DNA from: Candidatus Thorarchaeota archaeon
Lineage (GTDB): Archaea > Asgardarchaeota > Thorarchaeia > Thorarchaeales > Thorarchaeaceae
Reading direction: 5' to 3'
Assembly: GCA_963726195.1 (NCBI GenBank)
Contig: CAVSBO010000015.1
Span: 65,275-129,274 of the forward strand
Length of the DNA: 64,000 nucleotides
The notes beneath the pieces were generated by a model. The model made no database searches, had not been told where the DNA came from, and saw nothing but the letters and a program-made list of their open reading frames with translations. Positions 19,433 to 28,753 of the stretch are shown here, in pieces (positions within the stretch are counted from its first letter, which is position 1; the number at the start of each line of letters is the position of its first letter). The position numbers were made by a program, and so were the translations under genes.

Positions 19433-20436
19433 GCATAAGAGCACTTCTTGAGGAATCGTCAAGCCTGCTCATTCTTGGTCATCAAAACGCAGACCCTGAT
19501 GCTGTCTGTTCCATGGCCGCCATCGCTGAGATGTACAGGTTCGTCAACAAAGACGGGACAGTTAGTCTGGTTTGCGATGATGTCAGCCGTCTTGCTACAC
19601 AGGTGCTTCAGACCTTCGCGCCCGGGATAACAGTGTCGCGGGCTGTGGAGGGAGAGTATGAGCTTATCATAATTGTTGATGCAAACAACAGATTCCAGCT
19701 TGGTGAAGCCCTCAAGTCATTCAGGAATGACCCATCCAAGACTATTCTAATCGATCACCACGAACCAAGCTCTGAAGCTAACGAGATAGCAGAGCATCTG
19801 GTGGTCAAGAGCGACAAGTCATCTGCCTGTGAAATCATCATCGATCTATTCGATGACCTAGGCTTGTCCTTCACTGAGACCACAGCTAACCTCTTGCTTG
19901 CAGGGATTCTATTCGATACCAGGCGCTTCTTCTACACCACCGCCACCACATTGTCAACCGCAATCAGACTTGTCAAAGCCGGAGCGAACTACCAAGCATG
20001 CGTTAATGCTCTCGTGACGAAACCCGACCGGTCGGAGAAGATTGCAAGGCTGAAGGCCGCTGCGCGTTCGGAGACATACATTCTAGATGACTGGATAATT
20101 GTGACATCTAGAGTGAGCGCGTTTGAAGCAAGCGCCTGTCGTGCTCTGATTGAATTGGGCGCAGACGTAGCAATCGTAGGGGGAACTCCCTCAAAGGATA
20201 TAGTCAGGATAAGCTCTCGTAGCACGACCGAATTCTATCAACAAACACACATCAGCCTAGGGACGGATGTCATGGAACCTCTGGGTGAAATAATCGGCGG
20301 CGCGGGTGGCGGGCATCCAAATGCGGCAGGAGCCAACGGCAAGAGGAACTGTGACAGAGCGCTTGCTAGGTCCGTGGAGCTCATCAGGGAGGGAATGAAC
20401 AGAGGCAAGGTTCCCGTGAAGGAACCAGCGCCCTGA
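19429..20436 (+). CDS. DHH/DHHA1-family phosphoesterase (NrnA-like)
   Basis: The motifs are ILGHQNADPDAVCS, IIVDANN, LIDHH, GILFDTRRF and GGGHPNAAG. Confidence 0.8.
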   Translation: MSIRALLEESSSLLILGHQNADPDAVCSMAAIAEMYRFVNKDGTVSLVCDDVSRLATQVLQTFAPGITVSRAVEGEYELIIIVDANNRFQLGEALKSFRNDPSKTILIDHHEPSSEANEIAEHLVVKSDKSSACEIIIDLFDDLGLSFTETTANLLLAGILFDTRRFFYTTATTLSTAIRLVKAGANYQACVNALVTKPDRSEKIARLKAAARSETYILDDWIIVTSRVSAFEASACRALIELGADVAIVGGTPSKDIVRISSRSTTEFYQQTHISLGTDVMEPLGEIIGGAGGGHPNAAGANGKRNCDRALARSVELIREGMNRGKVPVKEPAP

Positions 20437-20445
20437 GGAGTCTGC

Positions 20446-21289
20446 ATGTCAATGGTTCTTTTGGAGTTTGTCGACTTCAGCTTCAAATACCTCGGGGCAG
20501 ACTCTTTGGCTCTGAAACATATCAATCTAAGAGTCGATCGGGGAGAATACGTAGTTGTAACTGGCCCGTCAGGCTGTGGAAAGACGACGCTATGCAGAGC
20601 GATTAACGGATTAGTTCCACACTTTCATCGCGGCTACATCGGCGGGCACGTGTTTGTTGATGCGAAAGACACGAGAGAGAATGAGGTCTCTCAGCTGGCA
20701 TCAGTGGCAGGTTCTCGTTTTCCAAGATCCAGTCAATCAGCTCGTCACCCTGAACGTTGAGAGAGAACTCGCCTTTGGGCCTGAGAATCTGGGCGTAGAA
20801 CCGGATGAAATCAGGCGGACAGTTGAAGAGCTGATATCTCGTCTACATCTTGAAGGTCTCCGTCAAAAGCACCCTCATGAGATGTCGGGGGGCGAGCAGC
20901 AGAGGGTGGCGTTGGCCGCAGTCCTTGCACTAAAGCCCAAGATTCTCGTGGCCGATGAGCCGACATCGAATCTGGATCCCAAGAGTGCTGAACTCATACT
21001 CGGTCTAATCGCTGAACTGAACAAGCAGGGAATGACTATCGTACTTGTAGAGCATAGACTAGACCTTGTGTCAAAGGATGCAACTCGGATTATCCTAATG
21101 GACAACGGGTCGATTGTCGCTGATGGCCCTCCTCGAGACGTTCTAATCACGGACCTCTGCCAGCAGATTGGTATCGGGATTCCGAAGGCTACTCAGGTGT
21201 ACAAGCGGCTGCTATCCCGAGGCATTCTGCTGCCTTGGGTCCCTCTGACAGGTGAAGAGCTCGCGACTGCCGTGGAGGAGGCCAGATAG
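20446..21289 (+). CDS. ecfA1: ECF transporter ATPase EcfA1 (CbiO-like), reading frame broken near 20690-20710
   Basis: Walker A (GPSGCGKTTL) is in ORF 20446-20760. LVFQDPVNQLV, MSGGEQQRVALA and ILVADEPTSNLD are in ORF 20654-21289. Confidence 0.8.
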
Positions 21290-21291
21290 CA

Positions 21292-22122
21292 GTGATAATG
21301 CTTGATGACGTTTACTTCAGCTACGAAGGAATCTACACTGCACTTAGAGGGGTCTCCCTGCAGATTGACGATGGAGAAAGAGTTGCAATCATGGGAGCAA
21401 ATGGCGCGGGCAAGACCACTCTAATGAAGCATTTGAACGGCTTGCTTCGCCCACAGAAAGGCCGCGTCTTTCTGGATGGCAGAGATACGAGCAAGCTTTC
21501 CGTAGCGGAGATGGCAAGAGTCGTAGGGCTTGTCTTTCAGTCACCAGATTATCAGCTCTTCTTGGATTCCGTTCACAGTGAGATAGCATTCGGCCTTAGG
21601 AACCTTCGCTTCACCGACGAGGAGGTCGAACAGCGTTGTTCGAAGACAATGGAGCGTCTTGGACTCACCGGACTGTCTGAACGCTCTCCATTTGATTTGT
21701 CCGGTGGCGAAAGGAAACGTGTAGCATTGGCGTCAGTCCTAGCGGTTGAGCCGCGGGTCCTTGCCCTTGATGAGCCAACAATAGGACAGGACGCGCGGCA
21801 GAAGGAACGACTAGCTGAGCTTCTCATGGACCTCAACAAAGCAGGACGTACTGTCATTGTTGTCACGCACGACATTGAGTTCATTGTTGAGTATTTTCCC
21901 AGAACAGTTGCGATGGCAAATGGCAAGATAGTTGCGGATGGTCCAACCAATTCAGTGCTGAGTAATGAAAGAGCAATCGAAATGTGCTCTCTCACGTACC
22001 CTCAAATGACGCAGGCTGCGCGGGCAATGAGACATGTCTTTCCTCGGGTGTCAGACCGTCTAACTTCATTGACAGAAGTGGAGGACACTATTGTGGGTCT
22101 ATTGGGAGGAGGGCGGCAATGA
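21292..22122 (+). CDS. ecfA2: ECF transporter ATPase EcfA2 (CbiO-like)
   Basis: The motifs are GANGAGKTTLMK, VFQSPDYQLF, LSGGERKRVALA and LALDEPTIGQD. Confidence 0.85.
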   Translation: MIMLDDVYFSYEGIYTALRGVSLQIDDGERVAIMGANGAGKTTLMKHLNGLLRPQKGRVFLDGRDTSKLSVAEMARVVGLVFQSPDYQLFLDSVHSEIAFGLRNLRFTDEEVEQRCSKTMERLGLTGLSERSPFDLSGGERKRVALASVLAVEPRVLALDEPTIGQDARQKERLAELLMDLNKAGRTVIVVTHDIEFIVEYFPRTVAMANGKIVADGPTNSVLSNERAIEMCSLTYPQMTQAARAMRHVFPRVSDRLTSLTEVEDTIVGLLGGGRQ

Positions 22123-22898
22123 GTCTGCTCGGTTTTCTAGAGGTCTTCGAATACACCCGCAGAGATTCCATGGTACACAGTCTTGACCCGAGGTCCAAGT
22201 TGTTTCTCTCGATTGTCTGTGCTTTGATTTCCGTCCTTTTCGCAGATATCCTGCCTCTCCTGATTGTTCTCTTCTGCCTGCTGCCTTTGATTGCATTGGC
22301 CAAGTCGATGAGGCGATGGGCAAGGAGCATGAAAGGTCTCTCAATACTTCTCGTCATGGTTATCGTCTTCAACACTCTGCTGTCTCCGGTGAGTAACCCC
22401 TTCTCACGTTCAATTGCATTGACAATTCGCTTGATGGCATTGATGACGTCAATATCGATCTTCTTCTTGACAGTACATCCCGATCAGCTCTCACAAGCAC
22501 TTATCCAGATGCATGTGAAATTCGAGTTTGCGTTCGCGATGAGCATGGCCATGAGATATGTCCCTACATTGGCTCAAGAAGCATATGCGATAATGGACTC
22601 ACAAAAGGCTCGTGGAGTGGAACTTGACAAAGGCAACCTCATCAAACGAATACGGAACATCATACCAATTATCGTTCCCATGATTATAGTCTCAATGCGG
22701 AGAGCATTGTCAATAGCGGAAAGCATGGAATCTAGAGGATTCGGTGCATCCAAGAAGCGCACATACATGGACAGACTCAGGTTCAGAAAGCGAGACTGGG
22801 CTGTAGTGCTGACATCTCTGTTGGCGCTCTTCTTGTTGATGTACGTGAAGCTGTACATTCCTCTGCCCGATTGGCTCCTATGGTCTCTCCCGTTCTAA
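22119..22898 (+). CDS. ecfT: ECF transporter transmembrane T component (EcfT/CbiQ)
   Basis: MSLLGFLEVFEYTRRDSMVHSLDPRSKLF is followed by polytopic segments and the SQKARGVELD (ARG) coupling motif. The ATGA overlaps the ecfA2 stop. The listed ORF start 21984 is an upstream extension. Confidence 0.8.
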   Translation: MSLLGFLEVFEYTRRDSMVHSLDPRSKLFLSIVCALISVLFADILPLLIVLFCLLPLIALAKSMRRWARSMKGLSILLVMVIVFNTLLSPVSNPFSRSIALTIRLMALMTSISIFFLTVHPDQLSQALIQMHVKFEFAFAMSMAMRYVPTLAQEAYAIMDSQKARGVELDKGNLIKRIRNIIPIIVPMIIVSMRRALSIAESMESRGFGASKKRTYMDRLRFRKRDWAVVLTSLLALFLLMYVKLYIPLPDWLLWSLPF

Positions 22899-22980
22899 TT
22901 GGCGATGATATCTCTGGTAGAGGAGCAACTCGTCCATGCTCAGAGAATTTATCTTGAGGTTGCGCCAGTAATCTTAGCTA

Positions 22981-23565
22981 ATGACAGGGGACAAGAAACT
23001 GAAACTGCCTTCGAGGGACAAGTATTCAGTAGGGGATTTGTTGGACGATTTGAAGTTAATCGAGCCCATTCCTTCAAGTCTGTACAAGATTGGTTCTGAG
23101 GTCGTTTACTACGAGTGGACATGCTGCAAGGACAAGCAAGGCGACGAGAGTTCAGTTACCAATGGACTCTCCCAGCTACTCAGTTTCATGCAAGGCGGAT
23201 ATGAGGAGAGACTGGTCAAGGGGGATTTATGGAGGACAACCGACACTCCAAAGGCTGCAATTCTCCAGTTTCAGAAGGATATACCAAACGAGCTCATGAA
23301 TTACACGCTTGAACGGCCAGCAGACTTTATCCAAGGCGTTCTACAATCGGCATACACGCAGCAGCTCCACGATTTGAAGGACTACGAACGGCTCGAAGAA
23401 GGTGTTCGCACAGAGATCAAGGCCTCCCCGGATGATGCTGATTTGTACAATAAGCTGAGGCTGCTACTCTGGGTCCTAGGTCGCTACAAGGAATCCAGCC
23501 AAGCATTCAGGGTAGCCAAGAAGCTTGGATGGAATCCGGAGACCAGCAAACTGGTCGGGCTGTGA
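22981..23565 (+). CDS. Hypothetical soluble protein (possible TPR-like C-terminus)
   Basis: The product is 194 aa. The C-terminal DDADLYNKLRLLLWVLGRYKESSQAFRVAKKLGWNP looks like one TPR unit. I recognised no family. Confidence 0.35.
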   Translation: MTGDKKLKLPSRDKYSVGDLLDDLKLIEPIPSSLYKIGSEVVYYEWTCCKDKQGDESSVTNGLSQLLSFMQGGYEERLVKGDLWRTTDTPKAAILQFQKDIPNELMNYTLERPADFIQGVLQSAYTQQLHDLKDYERLEEGVRTEIKASPDDADLYNKLRLLLWVLGRYKESSQAFRVAKKLGWNPETSKLVGL

Positions 23566-23669
23566 GCAATTCCGAACAGGATGTGCTATACTGTCCCACA
23601 CGAGAATCAACAAATCGCCTTCGCACTCACCAAGTAACGGCAGAAGCGAAACGGCCAAATGATACCTCG

Positions 23670-23927
23670 ATGTCGTACACTCTCATGATGAGTCTCTTCG
23701 GGCGATTCGTGATTATCGCAATCGTTGTTGTGACTATCGTGGACTTTGTCGGGTACTATGCGATAAACGACGACCCAACAAGACTGACAATACCGTTCAT
23801 TGTTAGTTGGACAAAGTTGGACACAGGAGCCTTCGCCCGCCCAAGAACGGCATTGGGCTCAAGCTCCTTGAGGCCGAGTTCGTGTCGTGCTAGCCTCGAT
23901 CGTGTCTCTCACCACTTGGGCTTATAA
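23670..23927 (+). CDS. Possible small membrane protein (weak)
   Basis: ATG 23670 gives MSYTLMMSLFGRFVIIAIVVVTIVDFVGYYAINDD, which is one clear TM segment. The remainder looks non-protein-like and may be frameshifted. Confidence 0.2.
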   Translation: MSYTLMMSLFGRFVIIAIVVVTIVDFVGYYAINDDPTRLTIPFIVSWTKLDTGAFARPRTALGSSSLRPSSCRASLDRVSHHLGL

Positions 23928-24217
23928 GCTCCCACAAATCAATGTCCAAGTTTGTCCAAGTTCTCGGCAGCTGCCGCATACCCTTCGTTATCATGATGAT
24001 TCTTGGAACGATAATTCCATTGGCAATCAACTTCTGGTATTGGCTGGTCTTCAAGCAAAAGAGCACGCAATGATGATTGATGCGAGGCGTGGAGTTCATC
24101 GACATCGCAGTTTCGATAAGAGACTAAGGTTTCAATCGGGAACCTGACCCAACGTGCCGCGGGGCAGTCCCGATGATATGGGTGTAGCTCACATCCAGAC
24201 AGCGATGATTCGATGTC

Positions 24218-24712
24218 TCAATGCTTGATTCCGTAGTACGTCATCATGTCAACCTGTTTGCCGGCCAACTTCAAGTACATCCATAGCTGCATCTTGTGCA
24301 TGGCCATGTGCGTGGTAAGCTCCTGCAAGTAATCGGCCCATCTCCTTGGTGGACCCTGTTCGTAGAATGGCTTCACCTTGGGATCAAGTATTTCCTTGTC
24401 CGTTAGTCGCTTGACATACTTGCTGACCGAGTCTACACCTTGGTCGAAGACCTTCAGGATGTCTGGAAGCGAATCACGATTCAGTTTCTTTTCCATGACT
24501 TGAGCTTGTTCGGGCTTGGTAATCTCCCCGGAGAGAATGGCCAAGTCCATTTGCGGAGTCTGTGCAAGGTGGTTCGAAAGCTGTACAAGTGTTCGCATTC
24601 CTTGCTTTGCCTGAAACTTCGGGTCAATGCCCTGTGTAGTTTCGATGACTACTCTTACCTGCTTGGCTTCGTGTGTGAAGCCGTCAAGCAGCACGCTAGC
24701 AATAGTAACCAT
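24218..24712 (-). CDS. DinB/YfiT-like four-helix-bundle family protein
   Basis: The likely start is ATG 24712 (MVTIASVLLDG...). The C-terminal TTHMAMHKMQLWMYLKLAGKQV resembles the DinB-family H-x-x-H-H-R-G-Q...YLR motif region. The N-terminal 58 codons of the listed ORF are probably 5' leader. Confidence 0.5.
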   Translation of the reverse strand: MVTIASVLLDGFTHEAKQVRVVIETTQGIDPKFQAKQGMRTLVQLSNHLAQTPQMDLAILSGEITKPEQAQVMEKKLNRDSLPDILKVFDQGVDSVSKYVKRLTDKEILDPKVKPFYEQGPPRRWADYLQELTTHMAMHKMQLWMYLKLAGKQVDMMTYYGIKH

Positions 24713-24828
24713 ATTCACGTCCTCAGTTCTAGGAATCTGGGCTTCCTTCGAGATAGAGGTTTCGACTCCTAGACGAGTGCAAGAATATGGTGAAAGAAGC
24801 AGAATTAGACTATTCGATGGTGGCTCTT

Positions 24829-25146
24829 TCAACGCTTTAGATCTGAGAGTTCTACTGCAGAACCCTGAGTACAGTAGTACTTCCAACGAAGGCTCATAGT
24901 TTTAGCTATTGAGCACTTCGAGCATAGGCATCCCTTCTGATTATGGATTCCTTCTGATTTTCCTAGTGTACAGTATACCGCATTGATTTCTCCAGTTTCA
25001 GTGTTTGTTGGACACTTGCTGCATTGGCAAAGATGAATCACATTCTGTGCACTTCTCTTCTGGTCTGCCTCAGACATATTGCCCATCATCATGCTGTACT
25101 TTTCTTCGAAGGAAGCCTTGGGCCATCTTTCATCTGGAGTTGCCAT
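24829..25146 (-). CDS. Cysteine-rich small protein (DUF2769-like)
   Basis: The 105-aa product contains CQCSKCPTNTETGEINAVYCTLGKS...GCLCSKCSIAKT...YYCTQGSA, which are duplicated CxCxxC modules. Confidence 0.5.
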   Translation of the reverse strand: MATPDERWPKASFEEKYSMMMGNMSEADQKRSAQNVIHLCQCSKCPTNTETGEINAVYCTLGKSEGIHNQKGCLCSKCSIAKTMSLRWKYYCTQGSAVELSDLKR

Positions 25147-25184
25147 TCACATCACCAGCATTTCACTCAGTGTATCGAGTTCGA

Positions 25185-25289
25185 GAGCTGTACGAGCGTT
25201 CGTATTCCTTGCTTTGCCTGAAACTTCGATTGATCCGCGTCCTCAGTTCAAGGAATCTGGGCTTCCTTCGAGATAGATAGACGTTTCGG
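25185..25289. repeat. Degenerate partial copy of the 5' region of gene 24218-24712
   Basis: 25185-25227 matches 24579-24621 (agctgtacRagYgttcgYattccttgctttgcctgaaacttcg). 25237-25289 matches 24718-24766 (cgtcctcagttcWaggaatctgggcttccttcgagataga...). The intervening ~95 nt of the source are missing in the copy. Confidence 0.8.
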
Positions 25290-25423
25290 CTAACGTGGAA
25301 TTCGAATCTCGTATTCACAGTGTGGCAGCCGGATGGTTTCTCATAAGTTGTGAAAGCTTAGCGCTTGGCTGCCACCATACTTCTTTATGTTGTCCTCGTG
25401 CATAAGGTACTCAGTGCGAGGAC

Positions 25424-27452
25424 GTGGTTTTCTTGCAAACTGATGTCTCGAAGGCAATGACGATCAAGCTGTCATCGGAACTTCCTCCCGACCCTGTCTT
25501 TGACCCGAAGCACAGGAGAGCTCCGGACAGGGGTTTCGATTTGGACCCTCAGGAGACCGTCATAGCTATCAAGAACGCACTGAGGTACGTGCCTCAGAAC
25601 CTGCATGCTAAGCTGGCACCCGAATTCCTGAACGAGCTGATTACTCGCGGAAGAGTCTATGCTTACCGCTATCGTCCGCCGGGCGCCATCAGAGCGAAGC
25701 CCGTCGATGAGTACAAGGGCGTTCTCGAGGCCAGAGCATTGCAGCTGATGATGGACAACAACGTCAGCTTCGAAGTTGCCCTCTACCCGTATGAACTGGT
25801 GACCTACGGCGAGAGCGGCCAAGTCTGTCAGAACTGGATGCAATTCCAATTAATCAAGAAGTACTTGGAAACAATGACTGAGGACCAGACCTTGGTCGTC
25901 AGCTCTGGACATCCCGTCGGCCTGTTTCCGTTCTCACAAGAATGCTCCTCGGGCCATCCTAACGAATGGTCTGATGGTGGGTATGTTCGACACTCCGGAA
26001 GGATTTCATCGGGCTGCGGTTCTTGGGGTTGCGAATTACGCGCAAATGACAGCAGGGGGCTGGATGTATATTGGCCCGCAGGGGATCGTCCACGGCACCT
26101 ACATCACGCTGCTGAACGCTGGCCGACTCTATCTCGGTATTCCACAGAATCAGGACATACGCGGTAGGGTCTACCTCTCTTCGGGTCTAGGCGGTATGAG
26201 TGGGGCTCAAGGAAAGGCAGTCGAGATTGCAGGTGGAATCGGTGTCATTGCTGAAGTTGACAAGAGCCGCATAGACACAAGAAAGGAGCAGGGCTGGCTG
26301 AGCAAGTGGTCTGCCGACTTGAAGGAAGTCTTCAACTGGGTTGACCAGTATCGCAAGAAGAAGGAGCCGATATCCATCGGTTACTATGGCAATGTCGTGG
26401 ATCTCTGGCAGTACGTAGTAGACCACAAGATCCCAATCGACTTGGCATCCGATCAGACCTCCTGCCACGATGCTTATGGTGGTGGATACACTCCACAAGG
26501 TGTTACTTTCGAAGAAGGCAGAGAGTTACTCAAGAGCGACCGTGAACGGTTCAAGCAGCTGGTCGACGCATCACTTCGCAAGCAATTCGAGTTCATTCTT
26601 ACGATGACAAAGCGGGGCACTCATTTCTGGGACTACGGTAACAGCTTCATGAAAGCAGTCTTTGATGCAGGTGTCATGGCGATTGCTAGGAACGGTAAGG
26701 ATACCATGGAGGGCTTCATCTTTCCGTCGTATGTAGAAGACATCATGGGTCCAATCTGTTTCGACTATGGTTATGGTCCGTTCCGTTGGGTCTGCTTGAG
26801 CGGGAAGCACGAGGATTTGATAGCAACCGACAAGGCAGCGATGAAGCGCATTGACCCGAATCGGCGCGGGCAGGACCGTGACAATCACACTTGGATTCGC
26901 GATGCGGAGAAGAACAACTTGGTCGTCGGCTCGCAGGCGAGGATTCTCTATTCAGACGCTGGCGGCAGAGTGAAGATAGCACTGGAGTTCAACAGGATGG
27001 TGCGAGAAGGCAAGATTGGACCTGTAATGCTTGGCCGCGATCACCACGATACTGGTGGAACAGATTCGCCATTCAGAGAGACGTCGAACATACGAGACGG
27101 AAGCAACGTCATGAGCGACATGGCTCATCAATGCTGGGCGGGAAACGCTGCACGCGGGATGACGCTGTGTGTTCTGTCAAATGGTGGAGGAGTAGGAACG
27201 GGAAAAGCCATCAACGGTGGCTTTGGACTGGTTCTCGACGGCACGCCAAGAGTGGATGAAATCATCAAGTCTGCAGTGGATTGGGACGTAATGGGCGGCG
27301 TTGCTCGCAGGGCTTGGGCACAGAATGATCATGCTATCGAGACTGCGGTTGCATGGAATGACAGTATGAAAGGCAGAGGCCATGTCACGCTCCCATTCAT
27401 GCCGCAAGAAGGCCTCGTAGAAAAGCTCGTGAAGAAAGCCCTCGAGAAATGA
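25424..27452 (+). CDS. hutU: Urocanate hydratase (long form), reading frame broken near 25935-25945
   Basis: LVVSSGHPVGLFPFSQ is in one frame. NAPRAILTNGLMVGMFDTPEGF...YAQMTAGGWMYIGPQGIVHGTYITLLNAGR...GLGGMSGAQ...SRDHHDTGGTDSPFRETSN follows in the next frame. The probable start is ATG 25457. Confidence 0.85.
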
Positions 27453-27468
27453 GAGAGCTTGGTGTCAG

Positions 27469-27930
27469 CTACAGTGGAGCTGCATTTTGCCTCCTACGCA
27501 TCCTGCCAACAACAGCTTTGGTTCCAGTCCAAACAAAGAGCGAAGGCCCAACCATCAGTATCATCAAGTAGAGCACGCCTCCCACAACCGAGTCGATGAT
27601 GGGTGCCGCGCACATGATTATTATCAATACCACAAGTGCGCCAAAGCAGTACTCAATGCCCCTCCACGTAATCATTCGGAAAGGCGAGGCGGGCTCCATG
27701 CCGGTTTCGTCTCTCGCGGGGTCTGTCAGGATTAGCATCACAACAAACGCATACAGACTTAAGGTCAGAAGGATCGTCGTCAGGCTTGGAATGGCTTCGG
27801 GCCGAAGAAGCGGGAATGTCACGACGTAGAAGAGCAAAACGTACAGAGTGACTATGGAGAATCCTGTTCTGCCAAGTCTTAGAGAGTGAATCGACATCTG
27901 CCCTCTATACCTATGCCTGATCAATCTCAC
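27469..27930 (-). CDS. Hypothetical membrane protein
   Basis: The 153-aa product has about four hydrophobic segments. I recognised no family. Confidence 0.35.
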   Translation of the reverse strand: MRLIRHRYRGQMSIHSLRLGRTGFSIVTLYVLLFYVVTFPLLRPEAIPSLTTILLTLSLYAFVVMLILTDPARDETGMEPASPFRMITWRGIEYCFGALVVLIIIMCAAPIIDSVVGGVLYLMILMVGPSLFVWTGTKAVVGRMRRRQNAAPL

Positions 27931-27952
27931 AAGAAGGACGATTATTATCAGA

Positions 27953-28552
27953 CTAACAAGCGCAGTCAGACCTGCCCGCTAGTACATTCAGGAGTGAGTT
28001 GGCCGAGAGAAAGGCTGCCCCACCTACGAAAACGATTCCAAACAGAATCGAAGTATGCTTGCTTCTCTTCAAGAACCCAATGTGGCTTGGAAGCACAATC
28101 CGCGTAACATCTCGTCCTTCGCCAATGGATACTGCAATAATCTGGAAGACGAGTACTGGTACAATGAATGACATGACTGGGTGCCAGAAGAAGACAATGA
28201 CAGGTACCTCCGCCACAGCGAACCCGAGCACAGTACCCCATGCTGGTGCCTGTCCGAAATAGCCCGCCCATACTACTTTCGTGATCCAAGACTCGTATAG
28301 GCCAAAGAGCACCCCTAGGAGGTACAGGTCAGAAATCGAGGTACGTCTGAGTCTGAATGCGATGTTGAGGAAAAACAGTGTGTGAGACCAGTAAAGAGGC
28401 AGCGTCACGAGCCAAGACCAAACACTAAGGAACCAAAGTACGGAGGAACCAGAAAACGCCTCTGCAAACACCATGGAAAGGATCCCCACGAGTACTAACG
28501 CAAGCGGCCTAGAGCCAGTGGCTACGTCTTTGTCAATCACGTGGTATGCCAA
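27953..28552 (-). CDS. Hypothetical membrane protein
   Basis: The 199-aa product has about six hydrophobic segments. I recognised no family. Confidence 0.35.
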   Translation of the reverse strand: MAYHVIDKDVATGSRPLALVLVGILSMVFAEAFSGSSVLWFLSVWSWLVTLPLYWSHTLFFLNIAFRLRRTSISDLYLLGVLFGLYESWITKVVWAGYFGQAPAWGTVLGFAVAEVPVIVFFWHPVMSFIVPVLVFQIIAVSIGEGRDVTRIVLPSHIGFLKRSKHTSILFGIVFVGGAAFLSANSLLNVLAGRSDCAC

Positions 28553-28753
28553 TGTGCAAGCTTCCGATATCTCTTCTTCTGACTACGTGGTGACAGCTTT
28601 GCGGTGTGGAGCAGATAATGAAGCTCAGGAGCAAATCGTGGGAAAGCACCGAGACCGGTGGTTCGGTTGATTGACTACGGTACGGGCGTGGCGCCTGTCT
28701 CACTGATTAAGTTAAGTACCGGGAATTATCATTCACGATGGAACTGAATCGAG

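Noticed and set aside
23990-24150. Possible C/D-box sRNA, because of two ATGATGA motifs and CTGA/CCTGA sequences.
   Set aside because: The spacing between the putative C, D', C' and D boxes does not fit the ~12-nt guide architecture, and no terminal stem is evident. The motifs are expected by chance at this length.
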